A DNA stretch of 33,579 nt from assembly GCF_001194135.2 (NCBI RefSeq), contig NC_068994.1:9111129-9144707 (forward strand), read 5' to 3'. Under the pieces are notes generated by a model. That model saw nothing but the letters and a program-made list of their open reading frames with translations. It had not been told where the DNA came from and ran no database searches. How positions within the stretch are numbered: position 1 is the first letter of the stretch; each line of letters starts with the position of its first letter. Both the position numbers and the translations under genes were made by a program. This document shows, piece after piece, positions 1 to 11,242 of this stretch. The stretch is from Octopus bimaculoides. Lineage: Eukaryota.

Positions 1-60
1 GTGCAGAACGGTTTCGTCGCTCTGACCGCATCTCGGGCAGGTCGGTCCAGGCAGATTGAT
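1..60 (-). mobile_element. Fragment of Tx1/L1-clade non-LTR retrotransposon ORF2, C-terminal zinc knuckle (zf-RVT-like); continues beyond window start
   Basis: The minus strand translates INLPGPTCPRCGQSDETVLH, i.e. C-x2-C...ET-x-x-H, typical of the CCHC knuckle after the RT of L1/Tx1 elements. It is a GC-rich island ending abruptly at a (GATA)/(CA) microsatellite. Confidence 0.65.
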
Positions 61-68
61 AGATAGAA

Positions 69-100
69 ACACACACACACACATACACGCACGCGCACAC
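69..100. repeat. (CA)n microsatellite, imperfect
   Basis: Seen directly. Confidence 0.9.
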
Positions 101-859
101 ATAAATATAAAGGTGTACGAAATACACACGGAGGGAAAGCCACTATGTGGATTTCTTACCTGCTTAAAATGGGAGTCAATTCTGAAAACCACGAAAGGCA
201 CTCTAACATTAAAGCACGTTGATTGTACGCGAGCAACACATTTGTGTGAATAAAAATTTAGTTAAATTTATACCCATGAGTTTCACAATTAATGAACAAA
301 CAAATAAACTAATAAATAAATTATTTGATTAATTATTCATCCGTAGCTCGTGAGTAAGGTCACTCTAAAATATATAAATATAAAAAACAATACGTACCAA
401 AAACACACTAATAAGTAAATTAATCGATTAATCAGTCGTATGCTGGTAATCCCTGGTATAATCCCGGATTTAAATTATTTAATAATTTTTGCTCTTGTAT
501 TTATAATGTCGAATATTTAAATTCTTCGGCCGGGTAGTATAGGCTTGATTTCATTCGCTGCTATACTACTCTGGCTTTGGTAGTAGAAGTGTTTTTGATA
601 GTGGTGATATTGTTTGATAGTAGTGACATTTTTTAATGTTTTTGCAGCTTTAATAATAACAATCAGTGTATATATATATATATATATGCTGAAATGAGAG
701 GTCTTGACTGTTACATATGGAAACGCGCATGCATACAAAACACAACGTGCATACGTGAGATTGTACGTAACTACCTACTGCACTTCATGTTATATAGTTT
801 CCATACGGTTTAACAATTAAAAACATATATGTCTGTGTACATATATGTACATATACATT

Positions 860-891
<32 letters not shown>

Positions 892-1309
892 TATNNNNNN
901 NNNNNNNNNNNNNNNNNNNNNNNNNNNNNNNNNNNNNNNNNNNNNNNNNNNNNNNNNNNNNNNNNNNNNNNNNNNNNNNNNNNNNNNNNNNNNNNNNNNN
1001 NNNNNNNNNNNNNNNNNNNNNNNNNNNNNNNNNNNNNNNNNNNNNNNNNNNNNNNNNNNNNNNNNNNNNNNNNNNNNNNNNNNNNNNNNNNNNNNNNNNN
1101 NNNNNNNNNNNNNNNNNNNNNNNNNNNNNNNNNNNNNNNNNNNNNNNNNNNNNNNNNNNNNNNNNNNNNNNNNNNNNNNNNNNNNNNNNNNNNNNNNNNN
1201 NNNNNNNNNNNNNNNNNNNNNNNNNNNNNNNNNNNNNNNNNNNNNNNNNNNNNNNNNNNNNNNNNNNNNNNNNNNNNNNNNNNNNNNNNNNNNNNNNNNN
1301 NNNNNNNNN

Positions 1310-1350
<41 letters not shown>
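860..1350. repeat. (TA)n microsatellite spanning assembly gap 895-1309
   Basis: TA repeats on both sides of the N run. Confidence 0.9.
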
Positions 1351-1357
<7 letters not shown>

Positions 1358-1850
1358 AAACATACAATTTGACCGCGCACTTAAACCAATTTGAGACCAT
1401 GAGTGTGTTTGTGAATGTATATGTACTTTTTCTCCTTATGTTAGCTTTCTTATCCAATATGAACGGAACGTGTTTTCACCGGAAACTAGATAATTGTGTA
1501 CATTGTGCACTTCCGACAGAATGAATAAGAACATGTCAATCCAGACTCAATATCTTCAATATAATCATGCTACTGATTATTATATTGTCGACGAATGGAT
1601 TTTTGAATTACATGCCGAACTGCACACGGTTGCAGATTGATCGAAATTACGAGTAATGGCAGTTAGAATATGCATTCATGGTATATTATGCATACCTGCA
1701 CACGTGTATCAGCGTTGAATGCTGTACATGATTCTAGTTGTAATAAGAAAAGAGAGGAAGGCAGAACGTTGCATGTCGGTGTTTTGATGTGAGCACATGT
1801 ACACACACTCGCACAAATATACATGTATAAATATGTATAAATATGTAACG

Positions 1851-1905
1851 TATATATATATANNNNNNNNNNNNNNNNNNNNNNNNNNNNNNNNNNNNNN
1901 NNNNN

Positions 1906-1987
<82 letters not shown>
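1851..1987. repeat. (TA)n + gap 1863-1905 + (TAGA)n microsatellite
   Basis: Seen directly. Confidence 0.95.
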
Positions 1988-1988
<1 letters not shown>

Positions 1989-4412
1989 CGGTATGCACTT
2001 TCACTCGTGCATCTGTTCTTTTTGCGATATGTCTTTTAAATTAAAATGAGTAAAGCTGAAGTGCAATATCATGGACCGGCTCTCATGAATTCTGATGTTA
2101 AGTGATAAGAAGAAGAACTTTATATGTTTTTTGTTTTCAACAAGTCATAAGACAAGCAAGCACTTTTTAAGGAAATCTCTTCGTCGATATCATCGACTGC
2201 ACTTCGATTTGGAGGTTTTTAAAATTTATTTATCGAACCCTGAAGATGAAAACGCAACGTTGATTGTGGTATGTTTGAATTGCATTTGTAACAGAGTAAA
2301 TACCACATATTATATTTGTTCGATGATCTAACGATTCTGCTATCTTATTGCCTTTATTTTATCCATATTTAATATAGAAACAGTAATAAAACAACATAAT
2401 TTATGATAAATAGTTTCTCATGTGGTTGATGTGAAGGAGAATCTTTCGGAAACCAAATTAAAATTTCCAACTGTTCTCTTAGACCAAGATATCTTTCTAT
2501 AATTTAATAAATGTTGCCACATCGATTAGTGTGTTTCACAGAGATTCGGCCCTGTCAACGCGTATTTGTGACGTATGTGTAGCTACATCTAATGTCAACT
2601 GAATCTGTGAAGCTAGTCTATAAGATTTTACTTCTAAAGCCTCTACACGCAACACATCTATTTCACTAATTCACATATCCTATGCTAGGGCCATCCAGAT
2701 CTCTGCATTTCTTGTGCTAAATATCTAAACAATTATCTCTTTATTAGTGATAATTCTGATTTAGATTATTGTAATCTCCAATGAACAATGGTTGATAGGC
2801 TTATGCGTGATAACAGTTGTGTAGTATTCAGAGATAAACTCAACCTAAATGTATTTATCTTTGTTTTATCCTGGTTTACAACAGAAGAAAATAAGTTACA
2901 ACGCGTTAGCAAAGGTTAAGAACGATGAGCAAAGTGTCATACGTTGGGTTCTGACTTTGTTCGTGTCATTCTATTCTATCTGGTATCGGTACTTTTAATG
3001 TCTAACAGCAATCATAAGTTTACATGCAGTAATCTACTTGATAATTGACCAGAAAAACGTAGTTTATCTTCCCAATATTGGAATGCCTATCATAGGAATA
3101 AGGAAGTCTGTAAACTGCGTGGATTTCAACTCGATGTTACTTAATTTCTCTTTCTTCAACATCAGAGGTCAGTAATCACCGAAAACATGCCGTTCAAGTA
3201 TATTATGTCGTATCTGCATTCAAAATATATCTAAGATTCAATTGCCATTCCGATTACTTTTTGTCTTATAATGTGTGAATATTGCAATTAGAGGGTGGTT
3301 TGGCTGAAGTAATTACAAGGTCTGGCGTGGCTATCTACTACAATGCTGTTATGTTTATTGCTATAGCTGGTGTTGGCGTGTTATGGTGGTCAAAGTGGCG
3401 TTATTCCGCAATACATAATACACATGCAAATGCCATGAGGACCAAAGTGCGTTACGTTTAATATTTTTCTTATCTGCCTGTTTGTTCAGAAATTGTAAAT
3501 CTCGGAAAACCTTGAGGGAATATACCTTACTCCTTCAGATAAATATATTTGCCAATTGTAGGATATGGAACGCTGAAGAAATCGTAGAGATCGTGCAACA
3601 TCACCGGTTAACATCCAAGAAATAGTCCTTCGTGTCTGGCAAGATAAGGTCTTGATATCGTTTAAGTTTTGCTCAACCGTGGTGAGACGTTCTACCGAAA
3701 ACATTTCATCAATATATTGATTGTTCTTTGGTTTTAGATATTGCACTTGTTATATGATAAATGACGTTATCATCTTTTTGTTATAAGTGTACATTCAGTC
3801 AGAGATAAGACCATGTCTTGTAAGTTGAGCGACGATATTGAGAGTTCATCATTGCGATGTTTGTTTCTATGTTTTATGTCTGTGAAAATTTATAAACAAT
3901 TTGGTGTTCTTAAGCCGTTCGATTAAAATAAATCAGTTGGGATTTCGTGTTTGTGAAATTTAACAGAGTGTCTTGCTGAAAATAGTGGATGAAGGGTATA
4001 AAGCAATCATTTAAAACAAGTTCATCTAACATAAATGTGATGACTTTTCATTTGGCACTTTGCCAAACTTATGTCAAAGTGAAATACGTCTTGCGCATTT
4101 CATCCGAAATTTGAGGTTGTTACTGGTGTCGAAAAACATTTCAAAATATTTGATGGTGTTTATCTTGATCGGTCTATTATTAGCTTAATAACATTTCAGT
4201 AGTTTAAGAATTGTAGGTACTGATATATGGGAATAATAATACTTTACAGTTTCCGAGAATCGTGGAGACAATGACATCCAAACAGACATAAAATGTTAGC
4301 GCGTGGGATTACTATTTAGAAGAGCATTAACACGTTCATTTATAAACGAAACAGTATGCAAATCAATCACCCTCATAAAACAAATGCTGATCGAAAACGG
4401 GCAAATTAAATT

Positions 4413-4446
4413 TATCTATCTATATATCTATCTATCTATCTATCTA
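4413..4446. repeat. (TATC)n microsatellite
   Basis: Seen directly. Confidence 0.9.
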
Positions 4447-4597
4447 TATACACACAAAATTACACCTTCATGTATCACCCTATTGAGCAGACTGTCGGAG
4501 GATGGTACTATACACCGCTGGGCACTCTGTGTTTCCGTGCATTGTTGTCTATGTGAGGAGGCCAACATTCTCCCTAAGCGGAACGGAAAACAATCGA

Positions 4598-4648
4598 CAG
4601 CTGCGTGAACTGGAACAAAGGGAAATGAAGTGTGTTGCTCACGAACAC
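4598..4648 (-). mobile_element. Fragment of tRNA-derived SINE (same family as 15511-15695)
   Basis: The reverse complement gtgttcgtgagcaacacacttcatttccctttgttccagttcacgcagctg resembles atttcacgttgttccggtatactcagctag at ~15560-15600 and the remembered octopus SINE body gtgttcttgagcaaaacacttcatttcacgttgctccagt. Confidence 0.55.
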
Positions 4649-5419
4649 GGAACCCCAATGGAAAGCGAAGCCTTAATAGCATCCAATAATTAACTATTTT
4701 TGTCAGGAATCATAGGTACCCAAAAATAAATTTAGAAAGAAATTTTACCATCTAATATACTTTTATAATTGTACATGCAGTTTTCATTAGCACCTTAGCA
4801 CGTAACGTACCCATTGTTTTCATATTTAAGTGTTGGGAAACGCTTATAATGAGAAATTACATGCTAAACATTTTTTATACAGAAAATTCAATATCTGCGT
4901 GGATTACATTATTCGCTTTCTCCTGTTAACTTATACAATATCATGGTTATTTTAACAGAAGTTTGAAATACTCTTTGATAAAATACTGAATATTTGCCAG
5001 GAGATTTTACTGGCAAATTTTGTATTTCAAGCGATAAATTTTCTCTTTGATTCCCATTATGTTAATTATCTTACAAATTTCCTCATATTGTGTAAAAAAT
5101 ATAAAAAAAACGAACAAATACTTAGAACGTTTGAGGAAGCAATGAAATTATATAAGAAAGCAATGTTTATCACCTATTCTCATACACTTTTCTGTCGTTA
5201 TTATATGACTTTCAATTTAAAAGAACACAAGCTCTAAAGAAGTTACGAACAAATTACTTTTTCTGAGAATTGTCTATTGAAAAACTATTGGGAAATGAGT
5301 GTATTTTATTTCTCAAAGATTTAAGCGGAAAACTTATATGGCTGTTTCTCTTCAGCTTTACGCTATTAAATTGTCTTAGAAATACGTACATATTTACATA
5401 CACGTATATAATGACCTCC

Positions 5420-5505
5420 ATACATACACGCATACATACATACATACATACATACATACATGCATACAAATATACATACACACATACAACCCTACATACA
5501 TACAC
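5420..5505. repeat. (TACA)n/(CA)n microsatellite
   Basis: Seen directly. Confidence 0.9.
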
Positions 5506-5743
5506 ACAAAGCACTTTTATATATGTGCGTGTATATAACCACATATATATATAGGGATGTGTATATAAAACACAAAATTACATCTACATATGCATACACG
5601 TATATAAATACATAAGCACGCGTGTTCATGTATTATACACACAACGGAAAAAATAACAAGCACAGAAACGCGCTATCGCTTTCTATCTTATACACATAAG
5701 CACAGAAACGGTCTTGTGCGTATATGCATGATGTCTGAGTTAA

Positions 5744-6148
5744 AGTGTTTCCTTTGTTGAGGAAAAGTTAACGGTGTTGGAGGGCATAGACTTTAAAGTT
5801 GTAGTTTAGAAAAAGTTAGCTGAATATTGGAATGAGTTACCTGTCATGATCACCACGCTGCCTATCGTCATTCTTACTCAGTTCACTGTGAAGACTGTAA
5901 AGGCTGTGTGATATGACATGGACAGCTGCAACGGGGCCAAGGAAGCCGTGGCCAGCAGGAAGGGATACAGCAGCTGTTTTGACTGCGTGCGCTCGCAGGG
6001 TTTATCGAGGAAGGAAAGACGCGGGTTTTTGACCAACGACAAGGAAGTGTCCGTAGTTCTTTCTAGGAGTGTAATGAGGAACGCATGCCCCAAGATTTGG
6101 AGCTGACTTGCGGCCGTGGTTGAACCCGAGGCCAACTGTTCTGAATAA
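5744..6148 (+). pseudogene. Decayed coding relic, probably the C-terminal part of ORF1 of an octopus non-LTR retrotransposon
   Basis: One frame reads through ~135 codons with three internal stops (5807, 5909, 6104). Third positions are strongly G/C from ~5834 on, against an AT-rich background. The peptide CFDCVRSQGLSRKERRGFLTNDKEVSVVLSRSVMRNACPKIWS resembles a repeat-derived octopus ORF I recall (unverified). Confidence 0.5.
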
Positions 6149-6512
6149 AGAGTTACCACCCAACCATAATAAAGTTAATATATTTTAATCCTTTAAAATA
6201 TTTTGGGATAAGATATTGCGGTTTATTTTCTTTTATGTAAAGCGGAATACTTATGTAGGCGAAAAGTAATTTAAGTATCTTAAATATGGTATCTAAAATT
6301 TGACTTACATGTATGCTACATAACTTAATAAAGTGAGTCAAATGATATTTTTATATATCTAAAATTACGATGACAAAATGATGTGAGATATCTGTAATGA
6401 TATTTAGATCAGAGGAAAACGGTAGAGAGCTGCTGTGTATTTCAAAATAATTACGATTAATTTCAACAGAAATAAGCGAGTCTGGTATATTTAAAACTAT
6501 CTTGACAATTAT

Positions 6513-6760
6513 TTTTATCTTTCATCTTTTATGTGTTTCACTCATTTGACTGGGGACATGCTGGGGCACCGCCTTGAAGATTTTTTTAGTCGAATGAATT
6601 AACCCCAGTACATGATATATTTTGCTGAGCCTGGTACTTACTCATTCGTCCTATTTAGCCGAAACGCTATGTTTACGTGGATGTAAACACATCAGCGCCG
6701 GTTGTCAAACAGCGATAGGGGACAAACACAGACACAAAGAAACATACAGACACACACGCG
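6513..6760 (-). mobile_element. Octopus-type SINE 3' body (family with AAAAGAGT-like tail)
   Basis: It is homologous in reverse to 31728-31870 in this window (tgtttcactcatttgactggggacatgctggggcaccgcc vs rc tgtttcagtcatttgacggcggccatgctggaggaccacc). It ends in the gacaaacacagacacaaaga-(CA)n junction. Confidence 0.85.
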
Positions 6761-6983
6761 CACATACATGCACACGTACACACAAAAAAGATAAAGTAAT
6801 GTCATGAAATATGTAAAGTGATGGGTATGTGATCACGAATTAAAATATACTGAGAACAAAGTTGGTAATGCGTTCACATTTAGACGTGTTCTGTATTTTT
6901 CATTGAAAAAAAGAAAACTTTTTTATGTCAACGTTCTTGCACACGATTTATAAATTTTAGTCTCTGTGTAAAATTTACTACAT

Positions 6984-7571
6984 NNNNNNNNNNNNNNNNN
7001 NNNNNNNNNNNNNNNNNNNNNNNNNNNNNNNNNNNNNNNNNNNNNNNNNNNNNNNNNNNNNNNNNNNNNNNNNNNNNNNNNNNNNNNNNNNNNNNNNNNN
7101 NNNNNNNNNNNNNNNNNNNNNNNNNNNNNNNNNNNNNNNNNNNNNNNNNNNNNNNNNNNNNNNNNNNNNNNNNNNNNNNNNNNNNNNNNNNNNNNNNNNN
7201 NNNNNNNNNNNNNNNNNNNNNNNNNNNNNNNNNNNNNNNNNNNNNNNNNNNNNNNNNNNNNNNNNNNNNNNNNNNNNNNNNNNNNNNNNNNNNNNNNNNN
7301 NNNNNNNNNNNNNNNNNNNNNNNNNNNNNNNNNNNNNNNNNNNNNNNNNNNNNNNNNNNNNNNNNNNNNNNNNNNNNNNNNNNNNNNNNNNNNNNNNNNN
7401 NNNNNNNNNNNNNNNNNNNNNNNNNNNNNNNNNNNNNNNNNNNNNNNNNNNNNNNNNNNNNNNNNNNNNNNNNNNNNNNNNNNNNNNNNNNNNNNNNNNN
7501 NNNNNNNNNNNNNNNNNNNNNNNNNNNNNNNNNNNNNNNNNNNNNNTATATATATATATATATATATATAT
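6984..7571. other. Assembly gap 6984-7546 with flanking (TA)n
   Basis: N run followed by TA repeat. Confidence 0.95.
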
Positions 7572-8056
7572 AAGCATATGCAAACTTACCCAAGCTATTC
7601 CCAAGAGAATCACTTTCAAACACTTTTCTCTGATTAAATATTTTTGAAACGGACGTCAAGGAAATTTTAATTGCAATTCGTAAAACTGTTTACAAATGTG
7701 TGACCGATATTTTGTTTCCGTGTCACATACATAGATTCTTCAGCGTCTCCGTATTACTCATGTGACACGAAATATGTTTTCTGTGGTGATATATTTGTTG
7801 GTGATCAGTTCAACAATGATTCTATATCAAACGCAAAAAAGTGTGTTGCACTCGTTAATATATCTGGAGTTATTCATGTTGTTTCGTCGGGGAAATCAAG
7901 AAATAGCGCAGACATGGTTATATCCTAGGAAGTTTCATTCCCAAACACAAGATTTCAGAGTTAGTTCAACAGCTTATCATTAGCAGAACTGTTATCGTAA
8001 ACCTCGTTTGTAAAGTTAGTAGAAGTAAAGTGAAAGAACAGCATCGTGTGTCTGCC

Positions 8057-8098
8057 TCTCTCCTTCTCTCTCTCTCTCTATCTCTGTCTATCTCTCTT
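8057..8098. repeat. (CT)n imperfect microsatellite
   Basis: Seen directly. Confidence 0.8.
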
Positions 8099-8124
8099 TG
8101 TCTATTTACATACACAAGCACACC

Positions 8125-8259
8125 TCTACAGCTAACTCATCTGCTGCAGTATTTCATACTTTTTTTGTAGTGCCTTTGGACTGCTTGATGTTTGGCACTA
8201 TGTGGTGACCATAAATGAGGGCAGTAGTCCAGGCTGTTGAGAACAAATTTTCTCCATAG
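8125..8259 (-). mobile_element. CR1/L2-like LINE ORF2 fragment (post-RT region)
   Basis: Minus strand 8259-8161 reads LWRKFVLNSLDYCPHLWSPHSAKHQAVQRHYKK. This matches the conserved LDYC-x3-WSP...VQR motif downstream of the RT in CR1/L2/Jockey-group elements. It is frameshifted afterwards. Confidence 0.75.
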
Positions 8260-8514
8260 GTTTAACATAGTTTCTTGGTTTCTTGTCTTGAAGGACCTTA
8301 GTATCCATCCTTCTAGTTATCTGCATATATGTATCCATATAGAGACACATACCACGAACACACATACGAAAGAGAGGAAGAAATATATAGGTACAAAGAT
8401 CTTGGTATTTGTTCGTTAATGAGTGAGTGTATACATATATATCTACATAAATATGCTTAAATAATCATTAACATGTACATAAAAGAGAAGAACACCCATA
8501 CACAAACATACACA

Positions 8515-8518
<4 letters not shown>

Positions 8519-8560
<42 letters not shown>
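8519..8560. repeat. (TA)n(CA)n microsatellite
   Basis: Seen directly. Confidence 0.95.
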
Positions 8561-9025
8561 TTTGTTATGTACTTACGTATATCGTTACAGTTTTTATTTA
8601 ATTTTCTCCGCATATTCGGTTTTGTGTTTAAGTAAACTAGTTAAGGTAACAAAAAACAAAAACAAAAAAGAACTAATTTCATCATTTTCATTTACTTGTG
8701 ACAGTAATTCATACTTAATTCAATGACAAGAAGTTTAAATTTGATTGTTATTTACAAAGCAGCTGGGCAGAAATCATTCTAATAGGTAAAGCTATTATAT
8801 AAATCTAACAAAAGTGTTTCATTTTACATACTCACATTGTAGGTTACTGTTTTGCCGCAAATATTTTGAAATTAGCACATATTTACATAGACAGAAACAC
8901 ATACAAACTGCGACAGACTAGCGTAAATATATGTAAATACATTCAGGCAGGCGTATATGTATGTTTGTATGTATGTATATATGTGTGTATGGGAGTATGT
9001 ATACTGATATATACGTATGTATATT

Positions 9026-9027
9026 TA

Positions 9028-9066
<39 letters not shown>

Positions 9067-9112
9067 TTCTCACTCCCTATCTATCTATCTATCTATTTCT
9101 CACTCCCTCTCT
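9026..9112. repeat. (TATC)n microsatellite with duplicated ctatttctcactccct interruption
   Basis: Seen directly; the interrupting unit occurs twice, 28 bp apart. Confidence 0.85.
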
Positions 9113-9737
9113 GTATATATACACACATTAAATAACGGCCCCCAAGAAAATCTAAGCTAAGAGCACGATGTTTTTTGGAAGATAGCTAGCGAATATATAC
9201 GAAAACAAGGACGAAGATACGGAGAAATAGTACACAATTCAGAGATGTCTCATCTCTAAATTGAATTACCTAACTATATTTTCTTTCTTTTATTCTTTAA
9301 CTGTTAAACAGTCCTACATGGGCAATGATGTATTATCTAGTATGTCCTGTCATTGTTTAGTATTTCTTTGAAAAACAGACGAACAAAGAAATACAACCAT
9401 TTCTCGTCATGGAAAAAGAATCTCTCCGAGACGTGAAAACTTGATCAACATGTGGCATAAAAACTAATATCAATTTACAATTGGTATATGCAGTTGCAGA
9501 AAAGAAAATAACCATAATAATTTTATAAATATATCTAATTCTTGAACTACGAATGCATTGCTACTGACATATCATTCCATCTTATATCTGTTCTAAATTA
9601 TACCCATCAATACTTAAAAATAAAATAAATATGGAAACGTCATGACTGAGAAAAGAGAAGTATCTGATATACATCATTTTTTGATAAATTATTTAGAAAA
9701 TACCTTGCGTATGTGCAGCATTATCATTTGAAAATAT

Positions 9738-9956
9738 ATTATATATATATATATATATNNNNNNNNNNNNNNNNNNNNNNNNNNNNNNNNNNNNNNNNNN
9801 NNNNNNNNNNNNNNNNNNNNNNNNNNNNNNNNNNNNNNNNNNNNNNNNNNNNNNNNNNNNNNNNNNNNNNNNNNNNNNNNNNNNNNNNNNNNNNNNNNNN
9901 NNNNNNNNNNNNNNNNNNNNNNNNNNNNNNNNNNNNNNNNNNNNNNNNNNNNNNNN

Positions 9957-9992
<36 letters not shown>
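9738..9992. repeat. (TA)n spanning gap 9759-9956
   Basis: Seen directly. Confidence 0.9.
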
Positions 9993-9995
<3 letters not shown>

Positions 9996-10344
9996 TTAGT
10001 AACTTGTCAGCTGCGTGTGTAACAACAACACAATGTCTTATTGGAAGTCGCGCAATGGATATCTAATTGGCTGTGTTATATAATGAGTTTTGTCAAACGT
10101 AGTACAGTGGTTGTCGAAATATATATTACAGTAACAAACAACCTTTATTTTCATATTGCGTAACGTTTAAAACCCGAAACTATACATCTTTCTCTGTCAG
10201 TTTTGATGAAAATAATTCTGCTGTTATCGAATGCTAAATTTTAGAGAGTGCATTTACATGTATCATCCAGTGGGTGTCGACCGTCAACCTAACATAGTAA
10301 CCCCATCTGCATAAGGATAACGTCATGTCATTTCTTGCTAATTT

Positions 10345-10716
10345 GCCCAGTGGTTAAGGCAGCGGACTCGCGGTCATACGATCGCAGTTTCGGTTCCCAG
10401 ACCGGGCGTTGTGAGTGTTTATTGAGCGAAAACACCTAAAGCTCCACGAGCTTCCGGCAGGGGATGGTGGCAAACCCTGCTGTACCCTTCCACCACAACT
10501 TTCTCTCACCCTTTCGTCCTGTTTCTGTTGTGCCTGTAATTCAAAGGGTCAGCCTTGTCACACTGTGTCACGCTGAATATCCCCGAGAACTACGTTAAGG
10601 GTACACGTGTCTGTGGAGTGCTCAGCCACTTGCACGTTAATTTCACGAGCAGGCTGTTCCGTTGATCAGATCAACTAGAACCCTTGACGCCGTAAGCGAC
10701 GGGGTGCCAACAACAT
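10345..10716 (+). mobile_element. Near full-length, well-preserved tRNA-derived SINE of octopus type
   Basis: It has a tRNA-like head with an A-box (tggttaaggcagcgg) and a degenerate B-box (gtttcggttccc). The body gagaactacgttaagggtacacgtgtctgtggagtgctcagccac and the 3' end gacggggtgccaacaaca match a common octopus SINE as I recall it. Confidence 0.85.
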
Positions 10717-10817
10717 TCACTCATCACTAGTATACATTTACTCACCACTTGTATGCATTCGCTCATTACTAGTATATATTCACTCACAACGTGTATACAT
10801 TCACTTATCACTAGTTC
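10713..10817. repeat. 21-bp minisatellite, 5 degenerate copies (consensus ACATTCACTCATCACTAGTAT)
   Basis: Units start at 10713, 10734, 10755, 10776 and 10797. Confidence 0.9.
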
Positions 10818-11159
10818 CAACGGAACAAATTTTACGCTACGTTAGGAATATATGTGTCATAAAAAATCAATAAAATAGTTATTATGCAATTTAAAATATA
10901 ATGGACACATTACAAAATGAAGTATAATGCATGAACTATGTCTGAGAAAATACCGAATGCAGTGCCTTACTTATTTTGTCGACTTTAGTTACCTGGGTTG
11001 TTTTTCTTCCCGAACAACTTAAAACTTCGTACAGTGTATAATTATTATTTGCTGAAATTACAGATCTCTGTAAACACATTTGTTTCTTTAGATGTATGAG
11101 TATTTTAAAACGTGCGAAAAAACAGATTACTTGGTGATGAGATTACAGGATACAATTTA

Positions 11160-11171
11160 GAGTGAGAGAGA

Positions 11172-11238
<67 letters not shown>
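11160..11238. repeat. (AG)n microsatellite
   Basis: Seen directly. Confidence 0.95.

Positions 11239-11242
<4 letters not shown>

Noticed and set aside
529-575. ~14-bp stem with 18-nt loop (gtagtatag/ctatactac)
   Set aside because: It is too short for a pre-miRNA, does not extend, and is plausible by chance.
3738-3795. TATTGCACTTGT, matching the 5' end of miR-92 family miRNAs, in a weak hairpin
   Set aside because: Only 12 nt match, the 3' half differs, and the hairpin is asymmetric with the match on the wrong arm.
5658-5710. Short direct repeats (aagcacagaaacg x2; also attgaaacat x2 at 19771 and ttcagctagt x2 at ~26305)
   Set aside because: These are ordinary local slippage duplications, with no array, spacer structure or enclosed element.
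5950-6030. Resemblance of GYSSCFDCVRS...EEGKTRVF to a mitochondrial carrier repeat
   Set aside because: It needs a frameshift and lacks the P-x-D/E-x-x-K/R signature.
5882-6148. Selenoprotein reading with two in-frame TGA codons
   Set aside because: No SECIS-like element is evident downstream, a TAG also interrupts the frame upstream, and simple decay explains the stops.
7704-7928. ATG-less ~74-codon frame SPYYSCDTKYVFCGDIFVGDQF...
   Set aside because: There is no recognisable domain or good donor, and frames of this length are expected by chance in six frames of 33 kb.
10345-10410. tRNA gene
   Set aside because: The tRNA-like head continues into a SINE body and lacks a complete cloverleaf.
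10713-10817. CRISPR-like array
   Set aside because: The units are contiguous with no spacers, the context is eukaryotic and there are no cas genes.
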